Shown piece after piece: positions 12,483-24,400 of a stretch of 64,000 nt of DNA. The notes beneath the pieces were generated by a model that ran no database searches, was not told the DNA's origin, and saw only the letters and a list, made by a program, of their open reading frames with translations. Each line of letters opens with the position of its first letter. The first letter of the stretch is position 1. Origin of the DNA: Camelus ferus (lineage: Eukaryota); assembly GCF_009834535.1 (NCBI RefSeq), contig NC_045697.1, forward strand, positions 71,550,001 to 71,614,000, given 5' to 3'. The position numbers and the translations under genes were made by a program.

Positions 12483-14490
12483 TCTTCACCCACTCCCAAC
12501 TCCAGCATAAAATGATGAGATAGGAGCAGGATAATTTAATACTTCTATGCAAGGGAAGAGGTTGTGGTGGTGTGTGGGCAACATAGCAGTCACTGGCTCA
12601 TAGCAATTCTGAAATCCACCTGGGCAAATGTTTTCAGTTCCCCCTTCTCTGAGATTTAGAGGAAAATCCATTCTTATATCCAAGGGGGACATCTCATTTA
12701 ACTTCTGATGAACACAGGTAATGTTTAAATCAGGGTTAGTCTACACTGCATGTGAGTTTAATGGAACACCCAAGAATTTCTCCAGCAAACAGTACCTGAG
12801 TAAATGGCTATAGGATAATCTGGACGAGGACTTGGAGAATCCTCACCATGAAAATTTGATATGGTGGTACAAGGGGATTTCTTTCCTCTGAAGATTTCTT
12901 TCACTCAGTGGATTGCAAATCTGTGAAATGGCGCAGGTCTGAAAAAAATTTTTCTTTAATATAGTTTGAGCAATCTATAGATTGAAGAGTTGGCTGTCTC
13001 ATTATTTGGTCCTAGGAGCTCTGTGTTCTGTTCAACATCTCCATAGATCTGTGAAGATCAAGCTCCCCTGTTTGTCATGCCAGCCTTGCTGCTAATTACA
13101 TTTATTGTGTCCACTTTGTTTCTGGTGGTTAAAATATTGGATTGGTTATTTTGAGATTTTATCATCCCTTTTTTAAACTGCCTGGGGTCCTCCTTATGTA
13201 AAAGCCATGGCTTCAGATGACAGCTGCTACTAAGTTTCTTAACAATTCTGGTTCCCCTCTCAGTAACACATTCTTTATCGCTTTGATAAACAGAGTGTGC
13301 CATGGACCTCTCCACAAAACATAGTCCTCTCATGAGTTTTCTGTCTGTGATAAAATATTCTCTCTGGCAAGCCTATTTGAACTTTTAATCCTGTTACTCT
13401 ACCATTTGCCGTAACAGTTTTACTTCATGTAGTAGAAGCCATCAATTTTTCCAAGCTTCAGGTTTCTAGTGAAGCAGTGTATTGGCACCATCTTCACCCC
13501 CTGAGGCTTTCCAGAATGTTAAACACTGTATCACAGGAAGATGAACCTATATTGAAAAACCCTTCATTATTTAGTGTTCTGTTTTACTTGACTTGATTCA
13601 TCTTCTTCAGGATCCTATCCCGAATCTTGCTGGTATATGTTGGCTAGGTCTTCCAGCTCTTTTGACTTATTGACAATTTCTTCCTTTAGGGAGCCCAGCT
13701 CTTCCTTTATCTGGTCATGTTGTAGCTGGACCACACTTATTAATTGGGTGGCCAAGAGAGCAGATGGAGATGAATCATGAGGAGGGATGATATATCCTGT
13801 CTCCTAAGGCATAAGCTCGTGCACTGTGGTCAAGCAAGGAGGACGTGCTGGTCTTTATCATGAGAGGTGGTGTACTTCTCCAGGCACAGAGAGTTCAGAG
13901 GAACCTGGAGATTAACAATGTTTAAGTGCATTGACCCAGAGACCCAGTTATCACCATCTCAGGCTTTAGAGTCCATTCCTTCCCACTCAGAGCCCTCATC
14001 TTGGCATAGCAGGCTTGTCGGGATGGAGAATTCAAACTTTGGAGTTCTGCTACTCATAAAATTAAGTCTTGGCCCTGATCCTTAGCCTTCTCTGACTTTT
14101 AGCTACAGCAGATGACAATCTCTTTGCCCTTTATATGCTGCTTTCTGTCTTTCACAATTTGTTTTATATTGGCAGTTAATCACCCTCAGCCTTTGTTTTC
14201 ATCTTTAAGTGTACCAATGGCTCTTTCTACAGCTACTGAATTCCATAGTTCTTATCATTATTATTTTCCCCAAATCTTTCATGTGTCTGAGATATTGTAC
14301 CCATCAATTCATTCTTTCCATTGGCATCCTATCCCAGTTTACTACTGGAAAAAGAAGGAGGGGGTAGCAATTACACTGAAACCACATGCCAGGAGCTCTC
14401 AATGCCCATGATGATGTCCTCAAGGCTGGAGTGAGATCCAGCTCCAAATTTCATTTTAGAGTCAGCTCCCTAGGCCTATTCCTGGTACCA
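12483..14490 (-). mobile_element. Class III (ERVL/MaLR) internal sequence, degraded
   Basis: Lies directly 3' (on -) of an LTR16-type LTR and a PBS-like TGGTACCAGGAA. Contains the typical ccagctccaaatttcattttagagtcagctccctaggcc leader. No intact ORF. May be more than one element. Confidence 0.55.
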
Positions 14491-14930
14491 AGGGTCACAA
14501 GTTCTCTGGGAAATACATTCTGATACTTACATGCAGTAGGTTTTTTGAGAAATTGTTTTAGGAACAATACATGCAAGGGGTAAGGAAAGTAGGAGTGGGA
14601 AAAGGAAGAAGCTGAACAGAGTAGCAGTTGCAACAAAGACCTGAGGCCATACTTTGGGGAGTTTTCATATTGGATGACCCTTCAAAATTGTTCCACTTGG
14701 GTAAGGAGTCCAGCCCTTGTACTCACTCATTGAACTTCCACTGTACTCCTGGATGCAAGTTGTCTTGTGGGGAAGGTGAGTAACCTTGAGCAAGGCAGCT
14801 TCTTGTTGCCAAGGGAAATTCCTGGAGAGAACACAGTTGTGAGCTGTCCTTAGCCAGTACCTCCTGAGAGGAGCTGAGAGGTGAGCGCCACAGAACTGAA
14901 AGGGCACGGCGTGCGGAACTCGAGCCACTG
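14491..14930 (-). mobile_element. LTR16A-type ERVL 5' LTR
   Basis: Matches recalled LTR16 reverse text (ggatgacccttcaaaattgttcc, accttgagcaaggcagct, gggaaattcctggagag, gagctgtc). Confidence 0.7.
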
Positions 14931-15174
14931 CTGAAGTCAATAGGCTTTTCCCGCTTCTGCGAATAACCTCTGCCTTTTCCTGGGAAATGGTTTTCTCTAA
15001 TCCAACCACGTGCTCTGAATTTGTGTGGCCGTCTTTTGACACATCCTAACTCCTCCTCCAACTATTGTAGATGGGCCTTAGCAAGATGGATCAGCACGCT
15101 CCACGCCTCCCTCCCTAAGTACAAAGATGAGCTCTTGAATCAACTTACATCAGTTACAGTCCTTCTTTATGAAT

Positions 15175-15640
15175 TTTTATAATAGTTTTATTGAGATATA
15201 ATTCACATACCATAAAATACACCCTTTTAAAGTATAATTCAGTCATTATTAGTAGATTCACAGTCCCACAAGCACCCCTACTGTCTAATTTTAGAATATT
15301 TTCATCACTCTAAAAAGAAACTCTGACTCAGCATTCACACTCCATCTGCCTCAGCCCCCAGTCCTTGGCAATCGCTAATCTACTTTCTGTCCTTAAGGAC
15401 TGGCCTGTTTGGATGTTCCACATAAACAGAATGATACAGTCTTTTGCAACTGGCTTCTTTAACTTGGCATAGTGGTTCCATGTTGTAGTATATATCAGTA
15501 CTTCATTCTTTTTATTGCAGGATAATATTCCATTGTATGTTACACCACACTTTTTTTATCCATTCTTCAGTCAATGGACATTTGGCTTGTTTCCACTTTT
15601 TGACTCTTATGGATAATGCTGCCACGAACATTTGTGCCTC
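15175..15640 (-). mobile_element. L1MB-type 3' fragment
   Basis: ttttattgagatataattcacataccataaaat...atatcagtacttcattcttttt...gatggacattt-like text. Confidence 0.8.
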
Positions 15641-16466
15641 ATGATCTTCTAAACTTGATACCAGAGACAGTAATGCTCAGTCCTACTCATTTTTCCTCAG
15701 CTGGGCATGTCTTCAGCATTTTGAGGTGGCTATTCTAGAGTGAGAGAAAAGAAGTGGAGGGAGAGAGAACAGCCCTCTATTTCAGTTTTCCACGAGGCCC
15801 AGCTGCCTCACTCCTCTTTCCACAGTTTGGTCACATGATCTGTTAGAATATCCCATTTTACATAACCTGATCTGACCTGGGTTTCTATCCTGTGCGTACA
15901 AAGTACAAAGGAGGTCAGGCTAGTACATGACTCCTGATAAAACCTTAAAGAATGCTACAGCAGTGAAGCTCTTTAAATAATAAAAGTCCAAAGTTTAGAG
16001 ATAACTCACAGCTGCACCCTCCTCCTACCTCTCTCATCTCCTTGTGGAACTAACCTGTCTATGGAAATATCCCCAATCTTAAAGCACCAAACTCCAAAAC
16101 TTACTTTGCTCAGAAGGCTCCCTAAAGGTATTTAATCACCTCTTCCATTTCAGGCTTAAACAATTTGTTCTGCACTTTTATTTAGGGTTTACTCCTGTAT
16201 GAATTAAATTACCATTCGTTTACATTTCTGCCTTCTTTAGGCTGTAGGCTCTTTGACACCTGGGACTTTTCTTGTTCAACTTTGTGTTTCTAATAGTCTT
16301 CACAGTAATTAATTCAACAAATGCTTATTCATTTTTATGTATTTGTCACCTATTCTATTTTTAGAAACTATGTTAGTCCTGGGGATAGAAAAATGAATAA
16401 GAACCCTTGAGGGGCTTAATTTTTATTATAGGAAGGCTTTATTTAAATCAATAAGAATAAACCATA

Positions 16467-16741
16467 AATTGAATAAATTGGGAGTTTCGGATTAGCAGAT
16501 ACAAACTACTATGTACAGAACAGATAAACAACAATGTCCTACTGCATAGCACAGGGACCCATATTCAGTGGCTTGTAGTAACGTGTAATGAAGAAGAATA
16601 TGAAAAAGACTATGTATATATTTATATATGTGACTGAATCACTATGCTTTACACTAGAAACTAACACTACATTGAAAATCAGCTATACTTCAATTAAAAA
16701 TGGGAAAGAAAAAACTTACCAAATAATATGCTATTAAAAAA
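16467..16741 (+). mobile_element. Short L1 3'-UTR insertion with target-site duplication
   Basis: gggagtttcggattagcagatacaaactact...ctatacttcaattaaaaa, similar to the 3' UTR of the L1 at 3913. Flanked by aagaataaacCata (16453-16466) and aagaataaacTata (16742-16755). Confidence 0.85.
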
Positions 16742-19609
16742 AAGAATAAACTATATACATGTTATGGTAAAACTAAGAAGTACAGGAGACCGGGAGTCAC
16801 AAGAGGGTGCAATCAATTTCACTCAAATCATAGAATCTTAGATTTATAGGTGAATCCACTCTTAAGCACAAGGAGGGAACCCCCTTTAGCTTCTGACAAA
16901 CAGACGTAATTGCTCTATCAGGGTTAATCTGCACTGTATGTGAGTTCACTAACTAGCCTATTTCAGAGTCACAAAGTGGCCACAAGTCTCAAACTGATAT
17001 ATATTGTGTTCTCTAGCTCTCTGGGACACATAGGATAGTGGATCTCTTTTCCTTGTGTGTCTGAGTGGGATTAGGTCGCCAGATCTCCTCTTGGGAAGAG
17101 AAAGGCTCCTAAGAGACTCCTATGAGACCATTCTCAGTGGCCATGCTTGTGTGGGAGGAAACCCCAGACCCTTGTGTAACAGGTACTTCTGCAAAGGGTG
17201 AAACAAATAACATGCTTACCTCACGTGTAGCTTCTCTCTTTCTTCTTTAAGATAATATTTTTTGATAAAAAAAAAAAAAGAAATGGCTAGTAAGATAGAA
17301 GTTAGTCTATCAGTCACTGAAATCAGATCCCTTTTACTAAGTATGAAAGGTATAAAAATAATTAGCCTCTGGGGGAGAAAGAAGAAAAGTATAAAAGGAA
17401 ACTATCAATACAGCTGGTATCTTCCCACTTAATTTAGAGTTTCAGGAGAAGACTGAAAAAAAAAATGCCACTTGCTAAGGGAAAGACAGTGATGAATAAA
17501 GATTTAGGGGGAAAAAAGTGACATAACTAGCTCTATAATACAATAGCTTTACTGATCTCTTATCATTTTTGTTTGTTTTGGTGTAGGTTGGAATTCACAT
17601 GTAAAGATAGTTTTCAGAGTACTAAGGAGAACTTGCCTTGTCCTGAATTGAGATTACTTTCGAGATTGTATTTTAATTATTTTAAATTGGTCAGGCATTG
17701 GGATAACAGATTCTCAGGGAGGGTTTTCCTCACTGTAACACTAAGCTAACCTTTCTCTGCCTAGCCCAAATCTCCTAAATATCCCATATACCCAGGGCCC
17801 GCTCTATAATAATATTATCCTTTCTCTATTATAATATTGGAATACTCTATACTTTATTACAATTTCTATTACTTGTCTTATGGGAAACATCCTAATGATA
17901 AAAACAATGACACATAGTAGGTACTCAATATATAATGGCCAAATGACTGGATAATAATCCATTATAATTGTTTTGAATATTCACTTAAAAAAATTCCCTA
18001 GTGCTATTTAATGGGAAGTATTCACTGTGTCTATAAAGCAAAATTCTTTTATTTTTTAAGTTGAATTTTTGTTAACTATTAATTATTATACTGTTAAGAT
18101 CAGTTTATGAATTATATATTTTAGCATATGAAAGATCCATCATTTATGTACCATTATTAGAATATTATAAGTAGATTTTCAGTACATATTTATAGAGTGA
18201 AAAATAACTTTCATTTTTAATTTTAAAATTTAAAATGTGTTTTCCTCTATTTCAGCTACTTTCAAATTATTTTCAGTCTTTTCCAAAATAAAAGGCAGAT
18301 TTTTTTCAGTAGAAAACAAATGTAAGAAAATATATACACAATATTTGCAGTGCACAAGAGTAAATACATTTCTTAGATCCCTCAGCAAATTTTTTCAAAG
18401 TGCTCTCCCACTCACAACACTAGCCATCAGACAAATTTATCATACCCCTAACTTTCTCTGTTTCTGTGGCTGCTCAAACTATATCCAGGGAGATAGCTAT
18501 ACCCATGACTTAAACTATTATCCATTTTCAATATAGTTTTCAACATCCTTCTCCTATGTATAGTTGACCTAGACTCATAAAGAAATCACTCTGTAATAAT
18601 GCCTTCTCTTTCCTTCAAAAGCATACATAATGTTTTGGGTTTCAGTAGATCTTAATGAAGAATTTTTTCATTGATCCCAGTAAGGTTGGCCTGAGATTCC
18701 CCCAGCATTTCTCAAAGGCTCAAGATCCATGAACTCTACATGAGGTCTTGCAAAAGAATGTAGAGCCTCTGACACTCAGAGCCCTCTGTCCTAGAATCTC
18801 AGATAACCTTTGTGGGTATCTTCTTTAAAAGATGAATTGGTACCACACAGAAGGTGGGGAATGTGGTAGCCACAAGAAAGGAGCAAAATGAACTGTCAGA
18901 AGATCTGCACAAGATAGTGTTCTCTTGGTATTGGTTTCACATCACCAGCATTTCTGTTATTTGCTTTTGGAAAATGAAAACTCAATTTTGGGGTGAGAGT
19001 TCTCATCATAAAATGTCACTTTCTGTTCTTATATCTTTTTGTAGTTCTTTGTACAGTCCATTATACTAACTGCTTTTTCTTCTCTGAATGGGTGTTTCAG
19101 ACATTGATTGCAATGACTCTCGGTTTTCACATCATGGTCCAAGATGATAGGGACTTTAGCAGGAAACTTACTTCACTTTCCTCAAATAAGTGTGCATTTT
19201 CTTCTTTTCTAAACTGTTAACAGGCTATGCACTGACCTATGAAGTTGTGTGGTAGATGTTGAAAATACCTTCTATATGCTTTTCCAATTTTTGGATCATG
19301 TCAAGAGGCATAATTGTTAGAACCCGTCCTATGCACACTAATAGCTAGTTACCCCACTAGCTGAAACATTATCTTTGCTTCTCTTCCAGTTGAAATTTTC
19401 TTCCAATCACTTCCTGTTGTTGTTTCCTGGTTCCAAATTCCCAGTTTCACTGTTTCTTTACTGTGACTTATTTATAATGGAAACTGCCCCAGCAATCACA
19501 TTATTTACAAGAATATTCTTGACCCATCTAATGCCCAGTGGTATTTTTCAATTACCATAGAACCATTTAGTATTAATTTATCCTGCACAATTCTCCACAA
19601 AAAATGAAG

Positions 19610-19745
19610 CAGAATGTCTAGAAGGCTTTTTGGAAGCAAGGGCTGTATCTTTTCATCACTATATGTCCAGTGCCCAGCACTGTGTCTTGCATATGGTAAG
19701 CACTTATTAAAATCCCTTGAAATGAATGAATAAATAAATAATGAA
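19610..19745 (+). mobile_element. L2 3' end
   Basis: ccagtgcccagcactgtgtcttgcatatggtaagcactt...gaatgaataaataaat. Confidence 0.7.
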
Positions 19746-20417
19746 ATCATGAGGAGCAATATCTCTTTTTGTCAGTCCTGTAGATTGAAGCCAACAGGTT
19801 CAGCTATCGAGAGACCTTGGTGAGTTGGGTGCTGAGGAAAACAGTATGAGTTGGGTAGGGAGTGGGGCTGAAACCCCTATCTAATCAATAATTATAGGGT
19901 AAAAATGGAAGCAGATTACCAGTGTTCTCAAAGATAGACAACATAACCAAAAATAGAAATGGAGAATTTTAGATTTCTTGACATTTAAACATTTTTATAG
20001 TATTGGTTGTTAAAACTCAGATCTACTAAGGAAGCTCTATTCCAGCAAACTCACTTTTCATTTGTTAGCACAGGCTGGGCATGGAGGTGGTGGGGTGGGT
20101 GGTGTCAGCTATAGTATGATCAGAAAACTTGGTTAGTTCCACAAGTCATCCTCAGTTGAGTAGAAAAGTGAAGATTCAGCACATCTATGCAACCACCAGA
20201 GAACAGAAGCAAGAGCATAATGCAAACAGCCCTGCAGGGAGGAATATCAAAGAGTTAACACAACTACCAATTAACAATGCAATATTACTCCATGGGGACT
20301 TAGCAACTTAATGCTAAAGGGAACTGAATGTTCTCTAATATATGTTTATTTAGAAGAATATAAATTCTTTTCCTTATTAATAAATATCCCCAAACACTCG
20401 ACTTATCACCTTAAGTT

Positions 20418-20885
20418 GGTGTCAGTTTCCTATTGCTAGTGTAAAAATTACCACAACTTAGTGGCTTAAAACAACACAAATTTATTATCCCACAGTGCTG
20501 GAGGTCAGAAATTCAAAATCAGCCGTCCTAAGCTAAAAGTCAGGTGTCGGCAGGGCTGGCGCCTTCCGGAGGCTCTGCCGGGGGAGTCCATTTCCGTGCC
20601 TTTTCCAGCTCCCAGAGGCTGCCTACCTTGCTTAGCTTGCGGCCCCTTCCGCCACATTCAGAGCACACTGCTCCAACCTCTGCTGCCTCATCGTGTCTCC
20701 TCTCTGACTTTCCTGCCGCCATCTTATAAGTGCCTTTGTGATTACATTGGGCTCACCAGGATAATTCAGATACTCTTCCCATCTCAGTGTCCTTAACTGA
20801 ATTCCACCTTCCGTGTAACGTGACGTAATAAACACAGAGATTCTAGGGATTAAGATGTGGACCTCTTTAAGGGACCCATCACACA
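20418..20885 (-). mobile_element. MLT1C/D-type MaLR solo LTR
   Basis: agtttcctattgct..aattaccacaacttagtggcttaaaacaacacaaatttattat..ggaggtcagaa..gattacattgggctcaccaggataat..gggattaagatgtggac. Confidence 0.85.
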
Positions 20886-22089
20886 GATTAGGATTAAAGA
20901 ATTCAGTTAAATGCAAGGAAGGATAAGAAATGAAGAAAGCCTCAGTAGCAACAACAAAAAGTATTATTGCTGGGAAATCCCTTCACACCTTTCTAGTATG
21001 TGGCCTCATTTCAAACTAGAAAACAAGAAGTATAATAACCCACTATGAGAATAATATAATTCAGTGTCTAAATATCTGGACATCTTCTTCAAAGGAAAAA
21101 TTCTCTGATAATAAATAGCCAGGAAGAAGCAAAATACTTTTTCACTTTTACAATAGATTGCCACTTCAGGAAAGAACTAGTTTTGGTCTCTAAAGGAATC
21201 TAGAATCTAAAAGTCGAAATAAAGCCAACAGAATTAGCAAAAGCATCCAGTCTGCAAGGGCACAAGGAATTAGCCATGGCAGCTGCAACAGGGCAACAGC
21301 CAACAGCCTCAGCCGTCCAGTTATTGGAACATCGAGTCAGCGTGAGGCTCTTATAATCTCTACTGAGTGGGGTGATAATATTGAGGTTGTCAATGTGCTG
21401 CTAGAAAAAAGAATGCAAGAGAAGAAGTCAGTGGATCCAAGAGTTTAATATATTGAGAAACTAGAAACCAACTGTGGCTCGCATTTTTTTTGTCATTCTG
21501 TAACAGAGGAAAAAATCAGAAACCTGCGATTACACGCTGCTGGTAGCATTCTAACTGAAAAAGCATCTCAGTGTAAGAATTGCTAAGTGCCTCTTTCCCA
21601 AGAACAAACATGAACCAAGAGGTAACCCAGCATTTCAGACAGTATCATTTCCTTAGGAGAGAAACTAGGGGAAAAATAAAGTCAGCTGTGACAAAAGATG
21701 TGTTTGACACTGAGGAACAAGACCAAAATGAGTGAAAACGTTTCTAAAATATCTGTTCATAAATGCATTGGCAAAGTTAAAAATACATGGACGACTCAGT
21801 TACCACCTCTGTGTATGTGATCACCACACATTTTCCTTTCTTTGTGAAAACAGTGTCTACCTATCCTCAACCAAAAAGCACCAATATTGTATGAATTATG
21901 AGTACAGTTCACATCTATTTTTAAGGATATAGATGTTCATTTCTATGAGGTTTCTGCTCTCTGCGAACATGAGTAGGAAAACAAAGGCGATTTTTTGATA
22001 TGTATATGTATAACCTTGCCTATGACGTCTGCGTAATTTTTAGCAATGACTTTATGTGACCTTAGAAGGTAGAGGAGAGTCTAACTAAG

Positions 22090-22260
22090 AGGGAAGACTA
22101 TGGGGTCAGGTCTGGGATTGAATTCCAGCTCTGGCACTTTAAACTTCTAAAACCCAGATTCCTCATTTGTGAAATTTGGTTAAAGCCACATTGTTTTGAG
22201 AACCAAGAGACATGAACATTGTGAAACACTTACATACTGGTTGCCATATAGAAAACTTAA
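22090..22260 (+). mobile_element. MIR
   Basis: ggggtcaggtctgggattgaattccagctctggcactt...ttcctcatttgtgaaat MIR core. Confidence 0.6.
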
Positions 22261-24147
22261 AACAGAGTAGCTGTTAATAGCAACAGTAATAAAATAAAGG
22301 AATAAACAAGTAAGTAAGGGGGCTAAACTGTTGGCTCATTACTTTAAAAAAAAGAGTTGTGTTCTCATTCAGTACCTGAAACAGAACAAAATAGAATAAT
22401 TTTTGAACTTTGGTAGAAGACTTTTAGATATTCTAGCACAAAGTCTTATTCAATAAAGTAGTTTAAAAAAAACAGCCCATAATTTTAAACACATTTTTGT
22501 TTTTATTTTTCCATTTACCAGGATCATAGTGATATAAATTGTGGAAGTGAGCATCTGAAAATCTAATTTTCCTGTGTGTCGCAAATCTTATTCTATGTGT
22601 ATTAGAGGAGACAGTGTCATAATATTGTATAGCTGGCAGAGACTTGACTATAATTATTCCAATGTCCTCATTTAGCTGAGATCATGCAAAGATCAGAAAT
22701 ACTGAGAATTGCCCAGGTTGCCCAGTGAGCAAGGTGGGGAGTCAAGACGGCAGCCTCTGCCTCTGACTTCCAGTCCAGGGCTCTTCATGCAGGAAGACTG
22801 CTCCATACACGTGACTGATATAATTTTCTATCTGAAGACTAATCTTAGCAAATCTTTTTGTGCAGGGAGGAAATGAGCATTTTGTATTTCCGTAGAACAA
22901 ACTGGGATGCCTTTGAATATATGGACACTTAACTGGGGAGCAGAACCTGGAATGTGTATGTCTCTTGCTCCTCAAAATCTTGGTCAAAGTATATTTTGTG
23001 AAGAATATATATGGAGAAAGTATTTATATACAAACGCATCAGTTAGGACATTGTCTCCCCAATGTATTGGTTTAAGAAATTTATACTTTCTTAAGAACTG
23101 AATTCCTGAAAATAACTAACCAAGAGTTTACATGTACCCTGCAATACAAACCCTCTATCTTCACCTTATTGTACTGAGGTGTCTTTGTAAACAGGCATTT
23201 GTAGAAGACAATAAACTTGTCAATATGATATTATTTCATTAATTAGATAAAATTTTTGCTCCATTATTTCAAATACAGGAAATCAACTTAAAGTTAATAA
23301 TGAGGTGGAAGGCACTACTGGAAAGTGGATAAATATATCTAAAATAGTTTGCTGACATTTCACATATTTCTCCAAGTTTACTTCATTATGGTATAATATA
23401 TAAAGCAAGTGCAGTTACATGAAAAAAAGTTAACATTTTGATATTTTGATACTTGATATGTATGCCATTCCTAAAAAAAACTGAGATAGTCAATACACAA
23501 CCTTCCCATTTTTGTTCTTTTCTAAAAAGAAGGAGGGGGCATTTAGCCGTGATCTTCAAATTGAACTTCAAAAACGTTTTTAACTTGAGAAGGTAAATTA
23601 CTAATTGAGAGATCCTTGAGAGAGGAACAGGCATTTGTTTTAAGGCTCTGGGGGAAACTCTTGAGTATTTCTCAGTCTTTAAAGCAAACAAGCAAACAAA
23701 GGACCTATTTAGATTTTTTTTTTTTAAGGCCCAGTTCTAACTTGGAGCAGGAGTAGGAAATAAACTTCACATAGGATTTTAAAATCAATTTATAATTTAT
23801 GAATCCGGCCTAAAATGGTCAAAATGCAATATCAAAACAAACAACTGTCCCTACTATGTGTCTGTGTGTCTACATCTACACTTTTAACACTGTCTTTCCT
23901 TACACATCTGTATCTATGTATGTAGATCTCTTAGTCCCCTTTTCCAGCAAGTGTCTACTTCTGGTGGCCCTATTTCCTCCTGGAAGCGGGGGCAGAGTGG
24001 AAGCCGCCCAACAGGACAAGGAGGGCTTCAGGCACAGGTAACCTAGCTCTAAAAATCTCCTAAGTGAAAAGGTGAGGCGGGAAAGGGACCAGAGAGAGGA
24101 GACACCGAAGTCGCCTGAAAAGGAGGCCGGAGCAAGCCCCTGGGCAG

Positions 24148-24157
24148 TTTCACTTCC
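24148..24157 (-). promoter_or_regulatory. Ets-IRF composite element (EICE, GGAAGTGAAA)
   Basis: TTTCACTTCC on + is GGAAGTGAAA on -, an exact GGAAnnGAAA consensus about 175 nt upstream of the ATG. Confidence 0.7.
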
Positions 24158-24330
24158 GCAGGGCGCCCAGCGCCGCGAGCCCTGGCCCTGCGGCCCGCGC
24201 CTCCGGGCCGCGTTTCCGGGACCTCGGCCGCAGCCGCCGCGGTGGGAAGCGGGTGAAGGACGGTCGGGGCCCCGGAGACCAGCTCGCGGAGAACCTCGGG
24301 TCGGGAGAGGCCGGGACTCCAGCCGCCGCG

Positions 24331-24400
24331 ATGCTGCCTGCAGCGCCGGGCAGGGCGGGCGGGAGCCCGGAGCGGCCCGCGCGCGGCCCAGCGCCCCCAG
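24331..24400 (+). CDS. BANK1: BANK1 coding exon 1 (MLPAAPGRAGGSPERPARGPAPP + 1 nt)
   Basis: ATG at 24331 in GCCGCCGCGATG context. The translation closely resembles the recalled human N-terminus MLPAAPGKGLGSPDPAPCGPAPP. 70 coding nt end at the donor CAG|GTGGGT (24401), phase 1, and join exon 2 in frame. Confidence 0.93.

Noticed and set aside
24253..24330. In-frame upstream GTG that could extend the BANK1 N-terminus
   Set aside because: Poor context (C at -3, A at +4), whereas the ATG at 24331 has a good context and matches the known start.
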